Part shown: piece by piece, positions 1-11,849 of the stretch | Numbering within the stretch: position 1 is the stretch's first letter | Layout: each line of letters starts with the position of its first letter | From: Rhizophagus irregularis | Taxonomy: Eukaryota | DNA: 64,000 nucleotides | Assembly (NCBI RefSeq): GCF_026210795.1 | Contig: NC_089436.1 | Coordinates: forward strand, 806,001-870,000 | Direction of reading: 5' to 3' | Position numbers and translations under genes: made by a program | Notes under the pieces: model-generated | What the model was told of the DNA's origin: nothing | Database searches by the model: none | What the model saw: only the letters and a program-made list of their open reading frames with translations

Positions 1-699
1 AAGTAATTCTCCTGAATCCATTACGCCATCATTTTTTTAATAAATATAAAGTTAGAAAATTATTGTAAATCCTTCATAGTAAAAATTTAAAGTTTTAATT
101 TATCCAATTAAAAATCAAAAATTATTAATTAAATAGGGGGAAACGGAATATGAAAGGGGGTAATTTACATCTGATCATCGATTTAAGACTAAAGATAAAA
201 TCTGTTTTTAAAGGGGTTTCCTTTTATTATTAATATGAAATAGTTTAAATGCAAAATTTTTTTTTTCTCACGTCCCTTAAAAATTGTACGTAATGACATT
301 TGAAAAAAGCATTGACCACCATGATTTATAATCTGATGATCAAAAATAACAAAAATGACGGATTTATTATTCTTATCTCAATTCTATTACTGTATGTTTT
401 TCTCTCTGATAAGGTTCTTCAAATAAACTTTAATATGGTAGTTACACCTAACAGTCAACTGTTATTTATATCGAAATAACATCACTCGTGCCACTGCATA
501 ATGTATCATAATTTGGCAAGGATAATCTTTAAATTATATGGGAGAGTACTGCGGGAGTCAATAGAAAAAAAAGTCAATTTTTTATTGGTTCATTTTGCTG
601 ATCACAGTCATGTGAACAAAAATTTCTGATTGGTTCCGAGTATTCGGCATTATTGACTTACCCGATTACAATTTGTTCGTAAAGAATTTTTCTTGCAAA

Positions 700-1083
700 A
701 TGGCTCTTAGTTATCGAGATTATGAAAATTATGATGACCGCCAAAGTCAGTTGCGACAACGGCAAATCATTGAAAACCATGGTAAAGTCAACTTACACTT
801 CCATCTTAATGAAATTGATCAATTATCGAATGTTCAATTACCGAATGTCAAATTCATAAATTACGGAGAAATGAACGTATTCGTTGAGAAATGCAAGATT
901 TGTGAAAAAGCAATCGATAATAATCCCACCACTACCTGTTGCTGTTCAAATTCGAGTAATTCCACTCCCAAAATTAATTCCATTCCCAGTAATACTTTAT
1001 CTACCATTTTAAAATTTATTTCATTTATTATTATACTTTTTTTACTCTTCGTATTACTTGTAATAATATTTATTTTATTATAG
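700..1083 (+). CDS. Hypothetical small protein with C-terminal transmembrane helix (tail-anchored-like)
   Basis: ORF from ATG at 700 (MALSYRDY...). Has CKIC and CCC motifs and a hydrophobic C-terminus (FISFIIILFLLFVLLVIIFILL). No family recognised. Confidence 0.5.
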   Translation: MALSYRDYENYDDRQSQLRQRQIIENHGKVNLHFHLNEIDQLSNVQLPNVKFINYGEMNVFVEKCKICEKAIDNNPTTTCCCSNSSNSTPKINSIPSNTLSTILKFISFIIILFLLFVLLVIIFILL

Positions 1084-1544
1084 TTTACATTTTATATTTT
1101 TTCTTTATCTGTTATTGTATATCCGTTATATTTTATTTTTCTATCATACTCCTCATCAAACGAATAAGTAGTCGAAATAGGCGAGTTTATATTATTAATT
1201 CTAATGCCTTTATATAGCTTGCATCCTAGTGTGTTTTTAATAAACAGATCAGGTCAATCTTTTTTCTATGAATCGCATTTCTTTATGAGTTATTGGAGTG
1301 GGTTGCTGATTTTAAGTAATAGGAAATTTCGTACGATTGCGCATGATTTCACGTATAACGCGTAATTTCTTAACATTCACCCTACTCTCCTGTTATCATG
1401 AATTTAAAGGTATGTGACATGATTATCACTTTATAATGTTAATAACACTTTCCGTAGATGAGAAAATTAAAACGTCTTAGATTTTTAAGCGGTATCATAG
1501 TCTATCAACAAAATGCGTAATAAAGTGAAACGATCATTCCGTTC

Positions 1545-1690
1545 ACTTATAGCAATTTATATCTGGGATCATTTCATAGAACTATGAACAATTGTGATGA
1601 ATTACTTGGTGATTGTTATAGTGATGGTAAAACAGATTATTCGAGGGATGATGATGGGGTAGTGATCACAATCACCACTTTGATATTAAT
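1545..1690 (+). ncRNA. Candidate compact U3-like box C/D snoRNA
   Basis: Box A-like GGGATCATTTCATAG (1565-1579), TGATGA (1595-1600), perfect 10-bp stem TGGTGATTGT (1607-1616)/ACAATCACCA (1668-1677), box B-like AGTGA (~1620), box C-like GATGATGA (1647-1654), imperfect box D TTGA (1680-1683). Ends are approximate. Confidence 0.4.
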
Positions 1691-2571
1691 TACTAATGAT
1701 GAAATACTCAAAAAAGAAATGTATATTATTTCAAATATTTTTAAATTTTAATGTTTGGGCTAAACATGGCATTTGATACTTGGTGGTAAAATCTGTGATT
1801 TTTTTACTCAAGATACTTATCATCTATGATTTTACCATCATGTCTTTTATTGAACAAAAAATATGAGAGATCAAAGTTAATTTATGCAAAAGCCTTTACT
1901 TTACCTACACCGCGAGATTTCTTATGTTTTTTCGATTTCTTCTTCAGTGTATGTTCCTTAGGAGCGTTCTTTCTGATGCCGTCGATTTCTCTGGTCTTGT
2001 TCGTTGAAGATTCATGGCTCTAAGATCAAAATTATTAATCGGTATGCGGTATTTATTTTAGCTTTAATAATGAAATATAAGATGGTACATTATTTTTTTT
2101 AATTAAAATGATAGTATACAAAAGATAACCCGCCGTCTAATTCAAATCTAGGTATAATAAGCTCATTGAAGTAAATCGAAACATTAAGGAAAATACGGAT
2201 CTTTATATCTTTCAAATCAAAACTTGAATGTAGATTTAAGAGGAGCTATTCATCAGAAAATCTAAGGAATCCGGCTCATTTGATTTGTTTTATTCAATCA
2301 ATACTATTTTATTATCTCAATGGTAGAAAAAAAAAAGAATTGGGTGCAAAGGTTTACTACTCATGGCACAATCAAAAAATTTTCGGAACTACTAGAACCG
2401 ATTTATATTTTGGTAATGGGAATGTATCAATGTCTAGATCACTATGTTATAGTAATTTAAGCTTTGCCTTATGGACATTAAAATTTCAAATATATTTATT
2501 TATATAATCAAAACCTTATATATATATTATATATAAAATACATAGCTTTAATTAGCAAATTCTTAACTCTT

Positions 2572-5206
2572 TTAAAAAATATCTCTTTCAATCATAGTTG
2601 CCGCAATAGGATGGTAAAATGACTTATTCTCAGTAAAAGTTTTCTTCGCCAAGTCCGATCCTTTCTTGGTATTTTTCAACATTCTAAATAATATAAAAAA
2701 AAAATTTAATAAGAAATATTAAAACAATATAATGTTTGGATTTTTTGCAGCTTACCTATAAAGAGGTCTAACGTATTTCATTCTTCCTTGTTGAGTTACA
2801 AATTTAACAACATGAGGGAACATGGGTTCATACTCTGCTAATAAACAGACTTTTTGCCATCTATAACAAACTTCAACATTACGAACAGTAGTGAAATTGT
2901 AAGCTTTATCCATTGCAACAATTGATGAATGAGGAAAAGGTGGAAACTCCAATAATCGGTCTAAGAATGCCACTTTTCAAAAAAAAAATTCTTTATATAT
3001 TAGCTTTTTTCCTGTCATAAAAATTTTCCAATTATTTACTTAATACCTACTCTTTTGTAACGTGGTAAATTTCTCGATGTCTGCTGGTGAGAATTCTTTA
3101 AAATTTTCATTGTTTCTTGCCAAATTCCATCTGATTCACAAAACTTATTAATAATTAAATCAACCAATTTGAAAAAAAAAAAATTTAAGATATTCGAACC
3201 TTTCAGCCAATTTATTACATTCTTCTGAAAGCGTTTGGTCAAATTCATTTTTTAATGGTGGCTAAAACAAATGAGAATAAAATATTTATATCTTACTTAT
3301 TTTATAACCAAAAAAAAAAATATTTAATTAAAATTACCATTCCTGGAGAATGTAACCAGCCATTCCAATCAATTTTATCCAATGCATCCTTTTTTGCGGA
3401 TCCAAAAGTTTTTTCCATAAAAGAATATAAGAAATTTTTCCAATCATCTGTGATAATAGATTTACCAGCAAATTCTTCAATATGAGCTTTCATATAAGGT
3501 TCAAAAAATTCAGGACCACCAACTACTTGCTGAATATGGTACAAAAAATTATATCCTTTTTCTATAATAATAATAATAATAATAAAAATAATTATCATCG
3601 TAAACTGCAATTGTTAACTTATCTCTTAACAAGGAGAAATCTTACCATATGAAACACGAGAAAAAGCATCATCAGGATCTATTCCTTTCAATACAGGTTG
3701 TAATGCAGTAAGGGGATTGTCTTCACCAAAAACGGTAACATCCTCCTCTAATTCACTCAATCCAATAATTGAATGAAAATCACTTTCTTTTTCACCATAC
3801 AAACGACCAATAATTTTTCTTTCAAGAAACATGGTCCATCCTTCATTGAGCCAAAAATGTTCCTAAGTAATCAATTATTAATTGTTTATTTTAGTTCTTT
3901 TTTTTTTAATTTGAATATCATCCTTATAAATTACCCAATTTGCAGCTGTGACAAGATTTCCTGTCCAACTATGAGCAACTTCATGAGCAACTACATCAAC
4001 GAGAGATCTATCACCGGCTATTAGCGCGGGAGTAATAAATGTCAAACAGGGATTTTCCATGCCACCGCTTTTGTATTAAAAAACAAATAAAATTAGAACG
4101 TAAAGAAATTTTAAAAGTTTCTTAATTATTAATAATATTATATAAAGGAAAACATGGGTTATAGATACCCTCCGAAGATGTATTAACTTACAAAGGAAAT
4201 GAAGCGGGAAGAACCAACAGATCATACTTCTTCCATTCATAAGGAGTCAAAAGTTTTTCTCCTATAGCAATAAATTTTTCAGTATCTTCAAATTCCCATG
4301 CAGCGTCTTGTATAACTTCTGGTTCGGACCACACAGTTGATCTAGGACCAATTTCTTTTCCTGCCAAATTTCCAACTGCCAAAGCAATTAAGTAAGAGGG
4401 AATTTTAACTTTTTGCTCGAATTTGTAAAGTTTGCTTTTGTCATCATTAATTTCCTCTTCCCCAACACTAATAGCACTCATCAGAGCTCTAAGAGGATGA
4501 GGAACTTGAATATTGGCACTGTAGGTTATTTTGAAACATGGTGTATCTTGACATGGCAAAAGAGATCGTGCATGAATCTAAAAAAAGGTAAAAAAATTTA
4601 ATTTATAATAAATGTAGATATTCTAATACTCATTATCGATTTAATTCTTACTTCTTGACACTGTGTAAAAAGATAAGGATGCTTCTTTCCAACGGTTTGA
4701 CTGTAATATTTATTTTGGTAAGATCTAAGAGAGAAGGCTCGTAGTATTATTTCTGTTGAAATAATAGGTACATTACCTTGGTTCTAACCATTGAATAGCA
4801 GTACCTTGTATCGTAGTGTTGTAGGATATTTCCAATTCGAACTTGGTTCCAGTAGCAAGAGGTTTTTCAAGCTCAATATGCAAGCCAGTCGCTCCAAAAC
4901 AATCAATTTCATTATTAAGGTTAAACTTTATAAGATTATAAATAAAAAAGTGAGTATAACAACATTCCCAAATAAAACGCACTAAGCTACGCTCACCTTT
5001 AGTTGTTTTCCATCTTGTGAAACTGACTTAATAATGAGACTTTTTGTATCAAGAATGACTTTGTTAACGTTATCAGCTATAGTAATTAATCTTAATGTAA
5101 CACTTCCATCAAGAATTTTATGTTCAAAGTCAACTCTTAAATTTAATCCAATATGACTTGTTTGTATTTCGTTGATATTAGATAATGTGCTCGGATCATA
5201 ATACAT
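2572..5206 (-). CDS. LAP2: Leukotriene A4 hydrolase / M1 family zinc aminopeptidase (multi-exon)
   Basis: Exons encode [10 protein letters not shown]..., [14 protein letters not shown] (GXMEN), HEVAH (HEXXH), [22 protein letters not shown] and ...[15 protein letters not shown]. Introns are GT-AG. Confidence 0.95.
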
Positions 5207-5518
5207 TTTTTCTAACTGAACTATTGAAATTTGTATCAGTTGCGGGCACAATCATCAATCATGACTGTTTTTATTTATAAAATCTTGGGACAGATTGCCG
5301 CCTTTTCATTATTGAAAAATTTTTGTGAGAAAAAGATATTTCCAATCTAAATTTTCATTTTCTTTTCAATAACAGATTGCCGATCAATGTCTCCTGACTA
5401 TCGGGTCGTGTGTATTTTTTAACGAATTTGAAGATCTTAAATAATATAGGATAAATCAATCAATATACGGAAATTACCCGTGAAATATGAGAGGAGGAAT
5501 GTTAAATTAATCCTACGG

Positions 5519-7896
5519 GTTGTTTTCCGTCTTGTGAAACTGACTTACTTTTTGTATCAATGAATGGACTTTGTTAACATTATCAGCTATAGTAATTAAT
5601 CTTAATGTAACACTTCCATCAAGAATTTTATGTTCAAAGTCAACTCTTAAATTTATTGAATTCAATATGACTTGTTTGTATTTCGTTGATACTAGATAAT
5701 TGTGCTCGGATCATAATACATTTTTTCTAACTGAACTACTGAATTTTGTATCGGTTGCGGACACCATCATCAATCATAACTGTTTAAATCTTGGATAGAT
5801 TGCCGCCTTTTCATTGAAAAATTTTTGTGAGAAAAGATATTTCCAATCTGAATTTTCATTTTCTTTTCAATAACCTGTCGTGTGTATTTTTTAATGAATT
5901 GAAAATCTTAAATAATATAGGATAAATCAATTTCAATATACGGAAATTACCCGTGAAATATGAGAGGAGGAATGTTAAATTAATCCTACGGGTTGTTTTC
6001 CGTCTTGTGAAACTGACTTACTTTTTGTATCAATGAATGGACTTTGTTAACATTATCAGCTATAGTAATTAATCTTAATGTAACACTTCCATCAAGAATT
6101 TTATGTTCAAAGTCAACTCTTAAATTTATTGAATTCAATATGACTTGTTTGTATTTCGTTGATACTAGATAATTGTGCTCGGATCATAATACATTTTTTC
6201 TAACTGAACTACTGAATTTTGTATCGGTTGCGGACACCATCATCAATCATAATTGTTTAAATCTTGGATAGATTGCCGCCTTTTCATTGAAAAATTTTTG
6301 TGAGAAAAGATATTTCCAATCTGAATTTTCATTTTCTTTTCAATAACCTGTCGTGTGTATTTTTTAATGAATTGAAAATCTTAAATAATATAGGATAAAT
6401 CAATTTCAATATACGGAAATTACCCGTGAAATATGAGAGGAGGAATGTTAAATTAATCTTACGGGTTGTTTTCCGTCTTGTGAAACTGACTTACTTTTTG
6501 TATCAATGAATGGACTTTGTTAACATTATCAGCTATAGTAATTAATCTTAATGTAACACTTCCATCAAGAATTTTATGTTCAAAGTCAACTCTTAAATTT
6601 ATTGAATTCAATATGACTTGTTTGTATTTCGTTGATACTAGATAATTGTGCTCAGATCATAATACATTTTTTCTAACTGAACTACTGAATTTTGTATCGG
6701 TTGCGGACACCATCATCAATCATAATTGTTTAAATCTTGGATAGATTGCCGCCTTTTCATTGAAAAATTTTTGTGAGAAAAGATATTTCCAATCTGAATT
6801 TTCATTTTCTTTTCAATAACCTGTCGTGTGTATTTTTTAATGAATTGAAAATCTTAAATAATATAGGATAAATCAATTTCAATATACGGAAATTACCCGT
6901 GAAATATGAGAGGAGGAATGTTAAATTAATCCTACGGGTTGTTTTCCGTCTTGTGAAACCGACTTACTTTTTGTATCAATGAATGGACTTTGTTAACATT
7001 ATCAGCTATAGTAATTAATCTTAATGTAACACTTCCATCAAGAATTTTATGTTCAAAGTCAACTCTTAAATTTATTGAATTCAATATGACTTGTTTGTAT
7101 TTCGTTGATACTAGATAATTGTGCTCGGATCATAATACATTTTTTCTAACTGAACTACTGAATTTTGTATCGGTTGCGGACACCATCATCAATCATAATT
7201 GTTTAAATCTTGGATAGATTGCCGCCTTTTCATTGAAAAATTTTTGTGAGAAAAGATATTTCCAATCTGAATTTTCATTTTCTTTTCAATAACCTGTCGT
7301 GTGTATTTTTTAATGAATTGAAAATCTTAAATAATATAGGATAAATCAATTTCAATATACGGAAATTACCCGTGAAATATGAGAGGAGGAATGTTAAATT
7401 AATCCTACGGGTTGTTTTCCGTCTTGTGAAACTGACTTACTTTTTGTATCAATGAATGGACTTTGTTAACATTATCAGCTATAGTAATTAATCTTAATGT
7501 AACACTTCCATCAAGAATTTTATGTTCAAAGTCAACTCTTAAATTTATTGAATTCAATATGACTTGTTTGTATTTCGTTGATACTAGATAATTGTGCTCA
7601 GATCATAATACATTTTTTCTAACTGAACTACTGAATTTTGTATCGGTTGCGGACACCATCATCAATCATAATTGTTTAAATCTTGGATAGATTGCCGCCT
7701 TTTCATTGAAAAATTTTTGTGAGAAAAGATATTTCCAATCTGAATTTTCATTTTCTTTTCAATAACAGATTGCCGATCAATGTCTTCTAACTACCAAGTC
7801 GTGTGTATTTTTTTAACGAATTTGAAGATCTTAAATAATTTAGGATAAATCAATTTCAATATACGGAAATTACCCGTGAAATATGAGAGAGGAATG
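5519..7896. repeat. Five tandem 473-bp copies of the LTA4H first exon plus upstream region (frameshifted pseudo-exons)
   Basis: Units start at 5519, 5992, 6465, 6938 and 7411. Each matches 5002-5518 with shared small indels. Confidence 0.95.
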
Positions 7897-8029
7897 AACT
7901 TATAGAATTAGCCTGCTGCAACAACCATCAATGAAATCACGGTATATAACTCAGCAACTTTACTAAATTAATCATAAAATGGAAGCGTTCAGACATTATA
8001 GGAGCAATCGTATTAATCAGTTTTATTAT

Positions 8030-8228
8030 TAGTGTGATCCACGGATTCAGTTATTACGAATATCACCGGAACTTTGGATAAATTTATATGACAATTCAGT
8101 GAATATCCTATGAATATCCGGATGTTACTATCCGGGATTAAATGTTTAGATTTGATAACAGGTAGGATATTCGAATTCAAATCTTTGAACGGAGTGAATA
8201 TCAACTGATAATCCGGATCTAAGCTCTA
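8030..8228. mobile_element. Possible small degenerate hAT-like MITE remnant
   Basis: TAGTGTGATCC start and GGATCTAAGCTCTA end, with internal ATCCGGA/GAATATC motif repeats. TSD not convincing. Confidence 0.3.
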
Positions 8229-8545
8229 TTTTATCACTTTCGTAATAATGTGATTAACTTGTGACATATTTTAAAAGTTTTGGTGTTTTGATTCTCACTA
8301 GAAAACAAATTCGTAATATATATAAACTTATAAATCAATGCAATTTTCTATAGAAATATGTTAGATATATAATGAGAAATCTAAAATTTATTTTTATGAA
8401 TAAGGATAATAATTATATTTTATCAAATTATATTATAAATTAAATAATATTATTTACAATTGTACAGGGATATTTACAGTAATTAATTATATATTTAGAA
8501 ATCTATTTTAAATTATAATTATGAATTAAATAATTATTCCCTCCT

Positions 8546-9891
8546 TTAAACAATCACCTCAATTTCCTCAATTATTGTATCTTGATCATCGTTTGTTATA
8601 TCTACAGGTGATTTTTCTTCCGGAATCGTTAATAGTGTGGTATGTAATATATTATTTGATCTAGTAACTTGTTGCATTTGTTGCATTTGTTGCATTTGTT
8701 GCACTAGTTGCATCTGTTGCGAGTGTTGCATCTGTTGCATGGTATTTGATGGTGGATTATAATCTCTAAAAGATGCCGTAAGTGATGGAGGTCTTGCAAA
8801 TAAGAAGCTATCATCTCTACAATATGAGTTGGATTTAAAAGTGAGCTTTTCAGGATTGCCATAATAAATACAAGGCAATAAGATTGTAGGCGAATCACTT
8901 TTTGCGAAGATCAGGAATAAAATTATACCACTATAGTAAGTATATAAAAGGAAAAAATCATGTTAATTAACAGTAATAGTGTAACGACATACAAAAATAT
9001 TATTAAACTTATCGTACTTACATAAATGGTTGAGCGAAATCTTCAATCTCTATACCATTTTCCGGATTTTTTATTATATATTGAAAAACAATCCTTGATA
9101 TTAAAGAGACTCCAAGAAAAATTGTATACATAATACTACATATGAACAAACGTATTGAATGTCCTAGTCTTAATGCTGTCCATCGATTTCTTTTCACAGA
9201 AAATTGTTGCCAACGCTTCCATAATAACGTACTAAAGTAAACTATAATTATAAAAGAAAAAAAAATAATACGATATTAATCTTTTTTTAAATATTTATGA
9301 TTATTTAATATGATAAAAAAAAAAAAAAGAAAAAAAAATCTTACAAGTAAATATTAAAGTGATGAAGAATATTGGAAGCATTATTATTAAATATGTTATA
9401 CGTTGTAAATTAGAATTTCGAGGTTTACAAAATAATGGTGTGACGCGGATGCCAAAATTTTCACTTGTGTAAGCATCAGCAAATGAATATGTGTTAAAAC
9501 AAATTGTAAAACACCAATTAATAATTGAAAAAGTCCAAAAATATTTTCTTTCTATTTTTATGTTTCGATTTTCAATTGCGTGCCAAATATAAAATCCTAA
9601 TATAATAGGAAGTATATGTAAAGGATAAAAAAAGAATAAATATATTATTTGTTGTATTAAACATAAAATTCGCGTATCAAATGCTTTATTAATTATATCA
9701 TCTCCATATTTTATTATGTTAGGTAAAAATCCTATAGTATATGCCCACGCTGTTATAAATAATTGTAATTGAGTATATTTCGTGAAATGATTAGATGATA
9801 TACATAATTTAATGATAAGATACGTTAATAATAATAAACTTAAAATATTTAAAGATATAAATACGATGTCAACAGGTGAATATTTTAACAT
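8546..9891 (-). CDS. Multi-pass membrane protein, GPCR-like (about 7 TM) with Q/M-rich cytoplasmic tail
   Basis: Exons 9891-9345, 9241-9022 and 8930-8546 join in frame (1152 nt). Successive hydrophobic helices, Cys before TM3 (ILCLIQQ) and in the second extracellular loop (PLFCKP), and a QQMQQM repeat tail. Confidence 0.7.
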
Positions 9892-11849
9892 TTTTATTTT
9901 TATTATTTCCTAATATAGTTAGATCGTTTGTTAAACAAAGATATATATAAAAGAATGACTCCAAAGGAAAAGAGCAGAAATCCCAAAATATTTACATTAA
10001 AGTGTCGCTCTTTTCTTTTTGTAAAATTAATATCTTTACGTTTTTTTTTTTAACGTGAGACGATTAATACTAGATTTTTTTTTTAACATCTCAATAAAAT
10101 GAATAATTGTTGAATATTTATACTTTTTTTTTACTTTTTCTAAATATTTGACTTTTGTATCATAAATTGTCCATAGAAGGAAATACTTTCTCCATATTAT
10201 TATTAAATGGCCTATTTTTCCCGAACCCCTTATCATGTTTCTCATATTTTTTTTTGATGACGTTAAATAGATAAAAATAAAAATAAATAAATCGGAATAT
10301 TATTTCCGATTTATCGGATATTAGAGTTTAACCATTAAATGAAAAAAATTCTTAACTTCTTTGGAAATTAATTAAATTCGAGTGATACTGAGTAACAGCA
10401 TGATGTTCTTCCTTTTTTGTATGTTGTTCTAGAATAAATTGAAATTCTCAGAACCTCGGAAGTCTCCCGCCACAATTACAAATAGTTACACAATTAATAA
10501 TTTTTGTAGTTGATGGCAAATTATGCTTATTTTTTATTTAACAAATAAAAAAATTAAACGCCAAGCCTTTTTTGTTTGTAAATAAAATTTATTATATCTT
10601 TTTTATTATTATTATTAATAATAATTTTTTTATTTTATAGAATATTCTCCTAAATTTTGACTGCGGTCTTTTATTCTTGTCATCAAAAAATGGAATGATC
10701 CGTTTTTTCCCCATTCATAAAGAAACCTTTTTCGGTTTTGTTGAAAGACAAAACCGAAAAAGATCAAAAGATAATCAGATGATTCGGATCACATTCCTCT
10801 AAATCTTTGAATTAATAGATTATTAATATTTTCCAATCTTAACTTTATATGTATAATTAATGATACTCTTTTGTGCTATTTTTGGATATAAAATATTAAT
10901 TTAAGCTCCGAATTTCTAAATTTTTATCATAGTGATATAATTAAATGATTCGAGATGAAACATATTATTAATATTATAATTTATTTTAAATCCGACATTT
11001 CCATCATAAAGTTGTACCATACTTCATACATTCATTCATGTTAAATTATTAAATAATTATTATGTTGCATATTTTGCATCGAAAATTTAAAAATAATCAT
11101 TCGATCTATCATATTTCTTATAATTTATAAATAATCATTTATTATTCTGACAAATATAATGATATAAAAAAATTTTAAAAATGTTAAAATATTTTTAACT
11201 GAAAAATTTGAATCATACATTAGCGAGATTTAAAAATAAATTTTTAAAGGGGGTCCTGATTGTGCATCGTACAAAGATTAACTCCTATGTGGCACATGAC
11301 CGATCTTTGATAGTGGCTTATTGTTTGATCTACATTAATTCCGGTAACATTACAATGTTTAGACTGTTGATGTTACATCTAAATATAACTCTTTACTTGC
11401 CCAAAATTATTGGTTCTAACCCGCCTTTTATACTAAAATATATTGAATGATTTTGTTTAATAAATATTTATATAACTTTCTTTTCTTATTAATTTTTGAA
11501 TGGATGGTAAAACAGTGGTAAAACACTGTCAAATATTTTAAAAAGTACATGATTTTCGTATTAATAATATTAGTATAATAGTTTATTATTTGCAAATGAA
11601 ATTATATATTGTTATTATATTATATTGTTATTATATTTGGTTGTTAATCTGTATTTTCGGTAATTTTAAATTGCCATTTCATTAACTAAAACATTTGGAA
11701 AATGGGCATTAATTACTTTTTTTACTGATTCAAATAATAATAAAAACATATCAATTACATCATCAATTTTAATAAAATTAATCAATTAAATTAGTACATA
11801 TTTAAAATAATAAATATTAATAGTACACATCTTGGCTTTTTTTTTCCGC

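Noticed and set aside
1826..2023. + strand 65-aa ORF, or a small Lys-rich - strand exon (SHESSTNK...KKSKKHKKSRG)
   Set aside because: The + ORF looks like an antisense shadow. The - strand exon is plausible, but I could not build a gene with a start codon.
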